Part shown: piece after piece, positions 20,577 to 30,792 of the stretch
Numbering within the stretch: the first letter of the stretch is position 1
How the letters are laid out: the number at the start of each line of letters is the position of its first letter
Assembly (NCBI GenBank): GCA_965197905.1
Contig: CBDAOB010000005.1
Coordinates: forward strand, 576,001-640,000
Reading direction: 5' to 3'
Source of the DNA: Candidatus Latescibacterota bacterium
GTDB taxonomy: Bacteria > Latescibacterota > UBA2968 > UBA8231
DNA length: 64,000 nucleotides
The notes under the pieces: generated by a model
What the model was told of the DNA's origin: nothing
The model's database searches: none
The model's input: only the letters and a program-made list of their open reading frames with translations
Program-made: the position numbers and the translations under genes

Positions 20577-22007
20577 ATGAGATCTATCGACTCGGCGTGG
20601 TGGCACCTGAGTCTTCGCCGCCGAACGACCTATCTTTTGTCAGCTCTCGCCATGCTGGGTTTGGTTTTGATGTGGGGCTTCTGGCCGCGACCACTGACCC
20701 CGCCGACTATTCCAGAGAGTCTATACGGGGCAGATCCCGCGGCTTATCGTCTCGTTGAGAGAGGAGTCAACGAGGTCTCCTCCAATACAACAGACCCGTT
20801 GGCCTGGTTGCGCCTCGGCTTCGCCTACGAAGCCAACGAACTGGACTCGCTCGCACTGGAGAGTTATCTGAACGCCTTGGATCTGGACGGTGGAGATCCC
20901 AAGATCTGGTATCGTCTGTCCCAAGTCCGCAAGCGTCTGGGCGATAGGCCGGCGGCCGTCGAGGCAGCGAAAGTCGCAGTCGATCTGGCGCCCGGTTACG
21001 CACCTCTTCGGCTCCGTCTTGGACTCTGGCTCCTCGAACAGGGGAAGCTGACGCAAGCCGACCACTGGTTTGCCCAAGCCGCCGAACTCGACCGGCACGA
21101 GCCGGCGGGAACATGGGGTCGGGCGCGGGTCATGATGCAGCGGAATCACCCCCACAAAGCGGAGAAAATCCTTCGGCGTCTAGACACCGAGTTGCCCGGG
21201 CATTCATACACGCACCTCCTCCTTGCCGCAGCCTACAGACAACTTGGCCGTGCCGTCGATTCAGCAGAGGAGTTTTCCAAGGGGCAGGGCGCCTATTTCA
21301 GTTTTTCCGATCCCTGGAATCAGGACCTTAACCCCTACCAAACGGGATTGATGCATCAGTTGCGGGCATCGGAGCAGCTAATCGAGTCTGGGCGCCTGGA
21401 CGAAGCCCGAGGGCTTCTCCAACGGCTATACACCCAATATCCAGACCATTTTTCCGTGCTGAACAATCTTGGAATCGTTTATACCAAGATAGGGATGACT
21501 CAGGAGGCCATTAGGATGTTCCGTCGCGCGCTGGCGCGGCACCCGAACAATCCCCATCTACATTCCAACATAGCTACCACCTATCTGGTAGCCGGCAATT
21601 CGAGCATGGCGATGAAACATTTGGATCGTGTTGTTGGGCATCCGAGTCTCGACAATGTGCCCGAGAAACGGGGCCTGGCACTGTTGCAAGCACGCCGACC
21701 GCTCGATGCGGCTATTGCGCTTGAGCGCGCTCATGCTGCAGATCCTGACAATGCGCTCGTTCTAGTACAACTCGGCGTAGCTCAATGCGATTTGAGGTTA
21801 TGGAAGCAAGCCCTAGACAAATTCGAGCGGGCGCTCGCGTTGGACTCTACACTGGTCGAAGCTCAATTGGGCGTCGGCACGGCGGCCATGAATCTGGGGA
21901 GGTCGCAAAGGGCGCAAGAAGCGTTTAGGCAGGCATCGATTCTCGATCCCTCGAACGAAATGAGAATGCTTCTTCAAAGAATCCGCAATCCACAAAACTT
22001 CAACTAG
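20577..22007 (+). CDS. Membrane-anchored tetratricopeptide repeat protein
   Basis: N-terminal TM segment; repeated TPR patterns (AWLRLGFAY, VLNNLGIVY, ALDKFERAL). Confidence 0.85.
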   Translation: MRSIDSAWWHLSLRRRTTYLLSALAMLGLVLMWGFWPRPLTPPTIPESLYGADPAAYRLVERGVNEVSSNTTDPLAWLRLGFAYEANELDSLALESYLNALDLDGGDPKIWYRLSQVRKRLGDRPAAVEAAKVAVDLAPGYAPLRLRLGLWLLEQGKLTQADHWFAQAAELDRHEPAGTWGRARVMMQRNHPHKAEKILRRLDTELPGHSYTHLLLAAAYRQLGRAVDSAEEFSKGQGAYFSFSDPWNQDLNPYQTGLMHQLRASEQLIESGRLDEARGLLQRLYTQYPDHFSVLNNLGIVYTKIGMTQEAIRMFRRALARHPNNPHLHSNIATTYLVAGNSSMAMKHLDRVVGHPSLDNVPEKRGLALLQARRPLDAAIALERAHAADPDNALVLVQLGVAQCDLRLWKQALDKFERALALDSTLVEAQLGVGTAAMNLGRSQRAQEAFRQASILDPSNEMRMLLQRIRNPQNFN

Positions 22008-22014
22008 GAATTCC

Positions 22015-23682
22015 ATGACGCGAGTGCTCGTCTCGCTTTCTCTGCCGACCCTATGCGCCGTAAGCTGCCAGTTTGGGGTGGATGCGGACAACGAAGGGGC
22101 TCCGTGGTTTGAAGAGCGATCTATAGAGAGGGGAGTCGTGTTTCGGCTGGAATCTGGACATGATAAAAGGTATTTGATGCCGGAACTGACGGGTGGCGGG
22201 GCAGCACTATTCGACATGGACGCCGACGGCGATCTCGACGCCTATCTAGTACAGGGGGGTGGTCTAGAAACCAAGGCGGAATCCACGTCCACAAATCAGC
22301 TGTTCAGCAACGATGGTGCCGGAATATTCGAGAACGTTACCACTGGTAGCGGAAGCGCCGACCCTGGATACGGTATGGGTGTTGCAACGGGCGACTACGA
22401 CAATGACGGTGATGCCGATGTTTACATCGCCAACGTCGGTTCCAATGCGCTGTTGAAAAACCTCGGAAACGGTCGATTCGATGACGTCACGCGAGAGGCG
22501 GGCGTCGGAGACGAAGCCTGGGGCACAAGCGCGGTTTTTGTCGACTACGATGCCGATGGTGATCTGGATCTCTTCGTAGCAAACTACATGCACTGGTCAC
22601 CCGCCATCGAACGCCCGTGCACGAACGCCTCAGGTTTGCCCGACTACTGTTACCCGCCGGTCTACAAGATGCCGGCGGTCGACGTATTGTACCGCAATGA
22701 TGGCACCGGCAGCTTCTCGGACGTGTCTGACGAGGCCGGAATGGAGACGGCATTCGGATACGGTTTCGGCACTGTAGCCGGCGATTTTACGGGAGATGGA
22801 CTTGCCGACATCTTCGTGGCGAACGACGGCTCCCAGAACCAGCTATGGGTGAACCAGGGCGGCGACAGTTTCGCTGATCAGGCCCTCTCCAGGGGTTGTG
22901 CCCTGGGCGAGAGCGGCCGGCCAAAGGCGGGGATGGGCGTGACTTCCAACGATTTCAACGATGACGGGAAGCCCGACCTATTGGTCGTAAACCTGCAATC
23001 TGAAACGGACTCCTACTTTCGAAATGAGGGCCCATATTTCGTCGACGCGTCAACCTCGCTGGGATTGTCCGGCGGAAGCGACCTCTATACACGTTTTGGG
23101 GTCGGAATAGTCGACTTCGACAACGATGGCTATCTGGACGGCTATTTCGCCAACGGCCGGATCAACAAAGTCGATCTCGATGTCACCGATCGTTACGCCG
23201 AGCCGAATTTGCTCTACAGTGGGGTGGCGGGAGTGCGTTTCGAGGAAGTGACCCCGCGCGGGGGTACCAAAGAGCTACTAGTCGGGACGAGCCGTGCCGC
23301 CGCTTTCGGCGACGTGGACAACGACGGTGGCGTCGATGTATTAGTCGTAAATCGTAATGCCCAGGTCTACCTGCTCCACAACCTGGTTGGTAAAAAAGGA
23401 AACTGGATCACGTTTCGCTTAGTCAATTTAAACGGTGCTGACGCTCTCGGGGCGATATTGTCCGTGGATGTTGCCGGCCAGCGCCGGTGGCGAGAAGCGC
23501 GAACGGCATACAGCTTCCAAGCGGCCAACGATCCGAGGGTGCACATCGGTTTGGGAGATATCTCTAACATCGCGGCTGTCGAGGTGCGGTGGCCAGAGGG
23601 TAAGACGGAGCGCTTCGGTGACTGCGCCGCCAACCAGGTAATTCAGCTAGTGCAGGGAACGGGAGAGGCTGTGACGCCGTAA
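22015..23682 (+). CDS. CRTAC1-like FG-GAP repeat protein with ASPIC/UnbV domain (possible lipoprotein)
   Basis: Repeated DxDxDGDxD Ca-binding motifs; GGGAALFD, SRAAAFGDVDNDG, DALGA, HIGLG, VRWP. Confidence 0.85.
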   Translation: MTRVLVSLSLPTLCAVSCQFGVDADNEGAPWFEERSIERGVVFRLESGHDKRYLMPELTGGGAALFDMDADGDLDAYLVQGGGLETKAESTSTNQLFSNDGAGIFENVTTGSGSADPGYGMGVATGDYDNDGDADVYIANVGSNALLKNLGNGRFDDVTREAGVGDEAWGTSAVFVDYDADGDLDLFVANYMHWSPAIERPCTNASGLPDYCYPPVYKMPAVDVLYRNDGTGSFSDVSDEAGMETAFGYGFGTVAGDFTGDGLADIFVANDGSQNQLWVNQGGDSFADQALSRGCALGESGRPKAGMGVTSNDFNDDGKPDLLVVNLQSETDSYFRNEGPYFVDASTSLGLSGGSDLYTRFGVGIVDFDNDGYLDGYFANGRINKVDLDVTDRYAEPNLLYSGVAGVRFEEVTPRGGTKELLVGTSRAAAFGDVDNDGGVDVLVVNRNAQVYLLHNLVGKKGNWITFRLVNLNGADALGAILSVDVAGQRRWREARTAYSFQAANDPRVHIGLGDISNIAAVEVRWPEGKTERFGDCAANQVIQLVQGTGEAVTP

Positions 23683-23687
23683 GAATT

Positions 23688-26144
23688 ATGCGATCAGCTC
23701 GGAATCTCTTTCTTTTTCTGCTGTTCACACTCCCGGCGGCTCCAGCTGACTCCACCGACTCCGGTCATGAGCGGATGCGTGCGGCTCTCAAGAGGATCGC
23801 CGACCATCCGCCGGAAGGTCATTGGGTTTTCCCCACCCTGCGCGCGGAACTCTTGCAACGCAAGCTTGACGAGGTCGAAGCGCAGGCCAAGGCCGGACAA
23901 CCTGCTGAAAACCCGTTTACTCTTTGGCGACTCAACTTCGATCTCGGGCAGGCTTTGGTCAGATCGGGAGACCCGGAGCAGGGCATCAAACATCTGCTGC
24001 AATCCCGAGGCGTGCTCAACGAGCTGGAACGCCAATTCGCTGCGCTCGCTCGACAGGGCGGAGATGCACAACAGCTCAAACGCATTCAATTGCGGATGGG
24101 CAATTTTTCGGTGCAGACCGCTTTCTACCTGGGCATCTCCAACATTCGTCTCGGAGAGGACCAGAACTGCTCGGTGCAGAACCTCGCCGAAGCCTGCATT
24201 CTGCCCATCCAGGGAAAGGGTATCCACACCCAGAAGGAAGGTTCGCGCAACGCTATTCGCTATTTCCGGGAGGTTTTGGACCACCCTTACTGGCGCCTGA
24301 ACCAGGGGGATGCGGAGGATCTAAGCAATGCCTCGGGAGGGATGAGCTCCGAGCGTCTGGGCGGTTTGGCGGCGCCGAACAAACGCACCGCCGACCAACT
24401 GGTTCATTTTCGCGAGGCCTCACGATGGCTGCTCAACATCGCCTACATGACCCTGGGAGAGTACCCGGAGTCTGTTCCAAAGAAACACCTCATTCAACCC
24501 CGCGTGTTCGCGGCCGACATTGCGTTTCCCCGTTTCGAAAACGTCGGCCCGAAGCTCGCGTTGGATACCTTCAATCTCTGCGGTGGTGCCATCGTCGACG
24601 ACTTTGACGGCGACGGCAATCTGGACATCGTCACCAGTACCTGGGATCTTGCCGGCCAGATGCGTTATTTTCGCAGTAAGGGCGACGGAACCTTTGTGGA
24701 TGAAACCGACAAGGCTGGGCTGACCGGCTTTTTTGGCGGGCTCAACATGGTCCAGGCGGACCACGACAACGACGGCGACGTCGATATCTTCGTCCTGCGC
24801 GGCGCCTGGCTCTCTAGATGGGGTCGGCACCCGAACTCCCTGTTGAGCAACAACGGCGACGGCACCTTCACCGACATCACCTACGCAGCCGGATTGGCCG
24901 AGGTGAACTACCCCACCAAGTCGGCAACCTGGGGCGACTACGACAACGACGGCAACCTGGATCTCTTCGTCGTCAACGAGACCGATGGCAGCATTGACGC
25001 GCCGTCTCAGCTGTTTCACAACAACGGCGACGGCACCTTCACCGACGTTGCCGACAAAGCCGGGGTCCGCAGCCGGTGTTTCGGCATGGGCACCGTCTGG
25101 GGCGACTACGACGGCGACGGGTTCCTCGATCTATATGTAGGGGATTGCCAACCGGCAAAGCTGTTTCACAATAACGGCGACGGCACCTTCACCGACGTGG
25201 CACGGCGGCTGGGAGTGCGGGGACCGGGAAGACCGTTTGCTGCCTGGTTCTGGGACTTCGACAACGACAGCGCCCTCGACCTCCTGGTTAACGCCTCTTC
25301 GGGTTCGGTGGGGGTGCTGTCCCTGAACCCGCTGGGTGTCGATGTGGAAGAAGTCGAGCCGTCGCGCCGCTCGCTGCAACAGTCGGTGGACGTTGAGGTC
25401 ATGCACCTCTACCGGAACGACGGCAAAGGAGGTTTTAGCGAGGTCGCGACACAGCAGGGGTTGACCTACCCATCGCAGCCGATGGGAGCGAATTTCGGCG
25501 ATCTGGACAACGACGGGTTCCTCGATTTCTACCTCGCTACCGGCGACGTGTTCTACTCGGAGCTGCGACCGAACGTCATGTTCCGGAACCGCGGCGGAAA
25601 CCGGTTCGAGAACGTTACCATGGCGGGTGGATTCGGACACCTGCAGAAGGGGCACGGGGTATCGTTCGCCGACCTGGACAACGACGGGGACCAGGATGTC
25701 TACGTGCAGATGGGAGGGGCTTATCCAGGGGACAAATACAGCGATGCCTTGTTCGAGAATCCGGGATTCGGCCATCGCTGGATTGCGCTGAAGCTGGAGG
25801 GACGTGCCTCGAATCGATCGGCGATCGGCGCCCGCGTTCATGTGCGAATTCGGGAAGGTGACAAGGAGCGCTCCATCTATCGGCACGTAAACAGCGGCGG
25901 CAGCTTCGGCTGCAACCCGCTGCGGCAAACAGTGGGTCTGGGAAAGGCCGACAAGATCCTCGCGCTGGAGATCTTATGGCCTGCCACCGGCCGCACACAG
26001 CGCTTTGAGGACCTGGGTCTGGATCAAGCGATTCGGATCGTCGAAGGAGAATCGACCTACCAATCACTGCGGCTTTCCAGTTTCAAACTGGGGGGCGGCG
26101 ACGCCGCGTCCGTTCCCGCAGCGGACCCGCACCAACACCACTAG
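23688..26144 (+). CDS. CRTAC1-like FG-GAP/ASPIC-UnbV protein with N-terminal helical (TPR-like) domain
   Basis: Signal peptide; GEDQNC...CILPI; several DxDNDGxLD and NNGDGTFTD repeats; GHLQKGHG, NRSAIGARV, SGGSFG. Confidence 0.85.
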   Translation: MRSARNLFLFLLFTLPAAPADSTDSGHERMRAALKRIADHPPEGHWVFPTLRAELLQRKLDEVEAQAKAGQPAENPFTLWRLNFDLGQALVRSGDPEQGIKHLLQSRGVLNELERQFAALARQGGDAQQLKRIQLRMGNFSVQTAFYLGISNIRLGEDQNCSVQNLAEACILPIQGKGIHTQKEGSRNAIRYFREVLDHPYWRLNQGDAEDLSNASGGMSSERLGGLAAPNKRTADQLVHFREASRWLLNIAYMTLGEYPESVPKKHLIQPRVFAADIAFPRFENVGPKLALDTFNLCGGAIVDDFDGDGNLDIVTSTWDLAGQMRYFRSKGDGTFVDETDKAGLTGFFGGLNMVQADHDNDGDVDIFVLRGAWLSRWGRHPNSLLSNNGDGTFTDITYAAGLAEVNYPTKSATWGDYDNDGNLDLFVVNETDGSIDAPSQLFHNNGDGTFTDVADKAGVRSRCFGMGTVWGDYDGDGFLDLYVGDCQPAKLFHNNGDGTFTDVARRLGVRGPGRPFAAWFWDFDNDSALDLLVNASSGSVGVLSLNPLGVDVEEVEPSRRSLQQSVDVEVMHLYRNDGKGGFSEVATQQGLTYPSQPMGANFGDLDNDGFLDFYLATGDVFYSELRPNVMFRNRGGNRFENVTMAGGFGHLQKGHGVSFADLDNDGDQDVYVQMGGAYPGDKYSDALFENPGFGHRWIALKLEGRASNRSAIGARVHVRIREGDKERSIYRHVNSGGSFGCNPLRQTVGLGKADKILALEILWPATGRTQRFEDLGLDQAIRIVEGESTYQSLRLSSFKLGGGDAASVPAADPHQHH
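24848..25198 (+). repeat. Intragenic near-identical repeats encoding the NNGDGTFTD of FG-GAP blades
   Basis: caacaacggcgacggcaccttcaccgac at 24848-24875; 40-bp copies at 25009-25048 and 25159-25198 differ at one base. Confidence 0.7.
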
Positions 26145-26163
26145 TTCGGCTAAAGGAGAGCGC

Positions 26164-27702
26164 ATGATTTCGCCGCTACGAAACATTTCACACCCTTTCA
26201 AACTGCCCTCTGACATTATCTACTTTCACGACTGGCGCTACGTGCACCACGGCAGTCACTCCACCGGCTGGAGGAATAAGGAGGGGGAGTGGCTGCGTAT
26301 CTGGTCGGCCGACCCGGTGCCCCCGCTGCGTCACGACCCCGGATACATGCCAATGGGTATTCGACTCCGTGCCAAACCGGCGCAGAAAAGCGAGCCCTTC
26401 TATTTGCCCGCCGAGGACGAGGGTTTCATCTTCGCCGGCGTCATGATGCAGGACGAAGGGCGTTATCGCTGGTGGTACGAATCATTCCCGGCGGAGCATA
26501 TCACCAGCGACAAATACGCCATGGGGGATAGCGATTACGTGCGCTACGGGGAATCCGACGACGGTTGGAGCTGGCGATTCCCGGAGCTGGGTCAGATCGA
26601 GCGAAAGGGCACCACAAACAACAACATCGTGTACGGTCCCCCGGTCATCGATCCCACCGGCTTGCACGGGCCCTGCATCTTCAAGGATCCCTCGGCGCCG
26701 CCGGAGGAGTGCTACAAGATGATCCACACCGGGCACCTGACGCCAGCGATGAAAGAGCGCTACCTGAAGGAGCGACCGGACGAGGTGGGCGCCCTGAATA
26801 CGGCGGAGCGTTGGGACGGCCTCTTTGGGGCAATCTCTCCCGACGGCATCAGCTGGACGCCGCTGCCCGAGCCGCTGGTGGCCCAGATCAGCGATACCCA
26901 CAATGCCTGCGAGTACGATCCGGTGCTGGGGCAGTACGTGGCGTACGTCCGCAACCATTTCTTTGCCAGGCGCACCATCGGCCGCAGCGCCAGTGACGAT
27001 TTTCGTCGGCTGCCCCTGTCCGAGGATCTCTTCTGGCCGGGCACTGTCGAAGAGGCGTACGACCTGTGGTACACCGCCGCAAAGACCAAGATGCCCGGCA
27101 CCACCGACTACCACATCATGTTTCCGCTGCGCTGGCGCCTCATCGACGACTCCTTCAGCTTCGTGCTGGCAGCCAGCCCGGACAACATCCTGTGGAGCTA
27201 CGTCCCCGGGGGCGCGGTCTGCGAGCCAGGTGATTCCGGAGATTGGGTAGCCGGTGCGGTGGCTCCGGGCGTGGGTATGGTGGAGCTGCCGGACAACAAG
27301 ATGGGGATCCCGATCGTCGGCTCTCCGGAACCGCACAAGCATTTGCGGCAGCCGCCCCACGGACATATGGCGTGGGCGATCTGGCCGAAAGGACGATTGG
27401 TGGCGCTGGAGGCACCGGTGGAAGGGAGTTTCCGAACCTTTCCTCTGGAGACCGAGAAACGAAACATCCACCTGAATTTCAAGACACCCCCCGGGGGGTA
27501 TGTTCAGGTTCAGGTTACCGATCGCCGCTACCAGCCGCTTCCCGGCCGCAGCTTCGAGGATTGCGACTGGTTGATCGGCGATCAGATCGATCGGCAGGTG
27601 AGTTGGAACGGGGAGACCGACCTCGGACACGACGGAAGCGGCACTCTTTCCCTTGGATTTCGCATGCGCTGCGCCGAGCTATACAGTGTCGAGTTCAGAT
27701 AG
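26164..27702 (+). CDS. Five-bladed beta-propeller glycoside-hydrolase-like protein; paralog 6
   Basis: YRWWY, YGESDDGWSW, GTTNNN, SPDGISW, SDTHN, RLVALEA, VSWNG, ELYSV; AAGGAG SD. Shares DTHN and SPDGIxW with paralog 1. Confidence 0.7.
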   Translation: MISPLRNISHPFKLPSDIIYFHDWRYVHHGSHSTGWRNKEGEWLRIWSADPVPPLRHDPGYMPMGIRLRAKPAQKSEPFYLPAEDEGFIFAGVMMQDEGRYRWWYESFPAEHITSDKYAMGDSDYVRYGESDDGWSWRFPELGQIERKGTTNNNIVYGPPVIDPTGLHGPCIFKDPSAPPEECYKMIHTGHLTPAMKERYLKERPDEVGALNTAERWDGLFGAISPDGISWTPLPEPLVAQISDTHNACEYDPVLGQYVAYVRNHFFARRTIGRSASDDFRRLPLSEDLFWPGTVEEAYDLWYTAAKTKMPGTTDYHIMFPLRWRLIDDSFSFVLAASPDNILWSYVPGGAVCEPGDSGDWVAGAVAPGVGMVELPDNKMGIPIVGSPEPHKHLRQPPHGHMAWAIWPKGRLVALEAPVEGSFRTFPLETEKRNIHLNFKTPPGGYVQVQVTDRRYQPLPGRSFEDCDWLIGDQIDRQVSWNGETDLGHDGSGTLSLGFRMRCAELYSVEFR

Positions 27703-27725
27703 TCTGGGTTACTTGAAGCATTAGA

Positions 27726-29064
27726 ATGACTGTCGCCGGCGGACAGGCCATGGCCGGGTGGGCTGAAGCGGACATAACGCCTCCTCTGGGATTTCCCATG
27801 GGTGGGCGTGGGCCCGTCTTCGACCCAGCCGAGCAGATCGCCGATCCGCTCCTGGCGCAAGTCACCATCCTGCAGGATCGACGGGGACGGCGCGTTATTC
27901 TGGTATCCCTCGACATCCTGGGATCGACCCCTTCCGTAGCAGATCCAATCCGCCATCAGCTGGCGGCAATTGCGGGCGCCACTCCCGAAGCGGTAGTCCT
28001 CAATTATTCCCATACCCACAGCAGCGGCATGGGCTTGCTGGAGATCTATCCGTACAGCGGTAAGAAACCGGCACAGATAGGGGATTACGAGACCCGGTTG
28101 TCGAAGACGCTCCTGCGCCTTGACGCACGATGCTTTGGACCGTCTCTCGCCAGTGCGTGCCTACTGGCGCAACGGAGAGAGCGATCTGGCCATCAATCGC
28201 CGGCGCAAGAACGAGAACGGCATCACCGAGCATCGACCGAACAAGGACGGGTACTACGATCCCAATCTCTGGGTGTTGGAACTGGAGGGGTCTGACGGCC
28301 GAGCGATTCTCTACAGCTACGCCTGCCACCCAGTGGTGCTGTACGGGGCAGAGTGGCAGACGATCTCGGCGGACTTCCCGGGCAGGACCCGCCTAACTCT
28401 CAGAGCGGCGTTTGGAGAGGCAACTCACGTGCAGTTCCTTCAGGGTCTGGCGGGAAGCGTGCGGCCGCGTATCCTCGCCGATCTCGCGAAAGAGGTGTTC
28501 GTACGCGGATCGCGGGAGACGCTCGAGCGCACCGGCGACCAGTTGGCCGATGATTTGATGGAAACTCTGCGAACTACGGCCAACGAGATAGAGGTGGAAC
28601 TGCATGCGGCGATGGGGTACGAGCCTGTCCGGCCGGGCCCACCGTTGGACCCGGACTCAGTGGAGGAGATGGGAGACTCCTGGGGTGGAGCCGATGTCTA
28701 CTGGCGAGAACGCCTGCAGAACGGGCCGCCCTGCGATCTGGTTCAGCCCTGGCCCGTCGGCCTGATTCAGCTGGACCGGAAACACCTGATCGCCTATATG
28801 GCCAGCGAGGCTGTAGCCGAATGGCGTCCGCTGATCGAGGAGGTGCTTTCGGGGTACGAGCTGGCCTGTTGGGCTTACTGCCAGCACGACCACACCTACC
28901 TGCCGACGGACGAGCTGATTGCGGACGGCGGGTACGAGGTGGATCGGGCTCCGCTGTGCACCAACTTCTGGCCGCAGCCGCTGGCACTGGGAACGGACGA
29001 CTTGATCAGGACCGAATTCGCCCGGTTGCGAGAGCGCGTTGAGCGGGAGCGAGCACGACCTTAG
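27726..29064 (+). CDS. Neutral/alkaline ceramidase-like family protein, split by a +1 frameshift near 28118-28121
   Basis: ADITPP..MGG, DPLLA, SHTHS in the first frame; INRR, YACHP, ISADFPG, FLQG, YLPT, GGYE in the second. Removing one base in cgccttg gives LLRLTHDALD. Confidence 0.75.
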
Positions 29065-29097
29065 CCGGGGTCAAACGCGGTCCCCAGCAGCAAGTCG

Positions 29098-29844
29098 TCA
29101 TGGTAACTTCAATATTCGTTTCGCGTTTTCCCCCAACACAAGCCGCTTCGCCTCGTCGCTGATGTCGGCCGTTATGATCTTGCCAATCTGCGGTCGATGG
29201 TCCATCAAAGGAACGTCGGAACCGTAGAGCACGCGGTCGGCACCCGCCTGATTGACCAGCTCCTCTATCGCTCCCGGTGAGCGGAAGGTAGAGCAGGTCT
29301 CCAGATAGACGTTGGCATTGTTCTGGGCAGCTTCGATGGCGTCCGCCCGCATCGGGGGGCAATTCCCGGAGTGTCCGCAAACGAAGATGGCATTGGGAAA
29401 GCGGGGAGCGACATCCGATACGAACTTGGGCCAGGCCGCCGCTTCGATTCCCGTATGCCAAATGACCGCCAGTCCTCGTTCGTTGGCGAACTCGTAGATG
29501 GGGAACCAGGGCGGTTCGTTGAGATTGATCGAGGTGAAAGGAGGATAGAGCTTTATTGCCGTCAGATGCAGCTCGTCGAATGCACGGGTAAGCTCCGGCA
29601 TCATGGTTTCGGGCATGAGGGGCGAGACGTAGGCAAAACCCACAATGCGGTCGGGGTGGGAGGCGACCATGGATGCCGTGTCGTCGTTGCCGCGGGTGCC
29701 CTCAGGGTGCCATATATTGAAGAGACAGGTCTTGTCGATGCCGACGGCATCCATCGAGTTGAACAGGTTCTCCGGGGAGCTACCGGTCAGTCCCCAGCGC
29801 CCGGGATGCCCGTGAAAATCTATAACAGTACCTCCTTCGATCAT
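29098..29844 (-). CDS. Amidohydrolase family protein (Amidohydro_2) with intact metal ligands
   Basis: IDFHGH, IKLYP, WHTG, GHSG, YGSDVP, LGENA; ATGA overlap with the upstream gene. Confidence 0.85.
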   Translation of the reverse strand: MIEGGTVIDFHGHPGRWGLTGSSPENLFNSMDAVGIDKTCLFNIWHPEGTRGNDDTASMVASHPDRIVGFAYVSPLMPETMMPELTRAFDELHLTAIKLYPPFTSINLNEPPWFPIYEFANERGLAVIWHTGIEAAAWPKFVSDVAPRFPNAIFVCGHSGNCPPMRADAIEAAQNNANVYLETCSTFRSPGAIEELVNQAGADRVLYGSDVPLMDHRPQIGKIITADISDEAKRLVLGENAKRILKLP

Positions 29845-30635
29845 GGTGCGCCCCCTTCCAAAATGCGTTCCAGATTTCCGGTACATATCCCTTGCAGATC
29901 AGCATCGCTCAACCCGATGTTGTGGATGTAATAGAGCATCGGTCCCATGGCGTAACGCGGATAGAACGAACCGTAGACAAAACGCCCGGCGCCATATTCG
30001 TCGATTACCTTCTCCAGTTCGCCAAGGACCTCGTAGCGGCTCAGCTCGATGTGGCAGTTCGGCAGCAACTTCAAGAAGGGGCGCACGAAATGGGCGTGCG
30101 AGTAGTGGGCTCCGACCAGCACCGTCACCAGGTCCGGAAACTTCCTCAAGGTATCCATGATCTCGGTCACCGGGGTCATCGGCATGGGAGTCAACCAGGT
30201 GGGACCCCACTCGTTAGCCATGGATACCCAAAGTGGGATCTTCTCGGCCTGCAGCCACTCCAGCAGGTCGCCGTAGAGCCAGTCGACAAACGGCAGCCCA
30301 GACGCGGCTGAATCGTGCAGCCGCACGTGGTCGAGTTTGCCGTCGTCCCGCAGTTCCTGCAGCTGTTTTAGAGAGTCGGCTTCGGGACCGGCCATCCATT
30401 GGTAGGTAAGCGGTCCGTCGTCGCTGCACCAGTCAGTGAGCAGGTCGTTGCCATCGATGGCGCTGAGGGTCTCACCCGACTGGTGGTGAACCAGGGCACG
30501 TTCCACCCCATGCCTCTGCATCTCTTCCAACAGCTCTTCGGGCGTGTCGAAGGGTGCCGGCCGTTTGTTCTTGTGGCCTACACCGACGTTGGCGTCGATC
30601 ACCGGCACGCGGGCGGAAAAATTCAAGGATGCCAT
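29841..30635 (-). CDS. Amidohydrolase-fold protein with degenerate metal site
   Basis: IDANVGVG, EMQRHGVERALV, YGSFYP, GNLERIL; lacks the HxH motif and the catalytic Asp; AAGGAG SD. Confidence 0.75.
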   Translation of the reverse strand: MASLNFSARVPVIDANVGVGHKNKRPAPFDTPEELLEEMQRHGVERALVHHQSGETLSAIDGNDLLTDWCSDDGPLTYQWMAGPEADSLKQLQELRDDGKLDHVRLHDSAASGLPFVDWLYGDLLEWLQAEKIPLWVSMANEWGPTWLTPMPMTPVTEIMDTLRKFPDLVTVLVGAHYSHAHFVRPFLKLLPNCHIELSRYEVLGELEKVIDEYGAGRFVYGSFYPRYAMGPMLYYIHNIGLSDADLQGICTGNLERILEGGAP

Positions 30636-30792
30636 CAGGTCTCCTTCTCCATCGTGGTCTTCGTCTAGTGAGATAGTGTCCTATCGCAGGAATCCGTCAG
30701 CATGTTGCTGCGGATCGATCGCAGCTCGAGGCGTGACGCCAAATCCGCGGATGCTCCCTTGGCCCTGCAACTTCGCTCATGGTACCGCACCT

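Noticed and set aside
20577..23682. Apparently more A/T-rich codon usage suggesting horizontal acquisition
   Set aside because: An impression only, not quantified; no mobility genes, att sites or flanking repeats.
24848..25198. 28-40-bp direct repeats as a possible CRISPR array
   Set aside because: They are in-frame coding repeats of FG-GAP blades about 150-170 nt apart, and no cas genes are present.
30700..30781. 27-codon minus-strand ORF (MSEVAGPREH...) between the oxidoreductase and amidohydrolase genes
   Set aside because: Weak SD and no recognisable features; compatible with chance.
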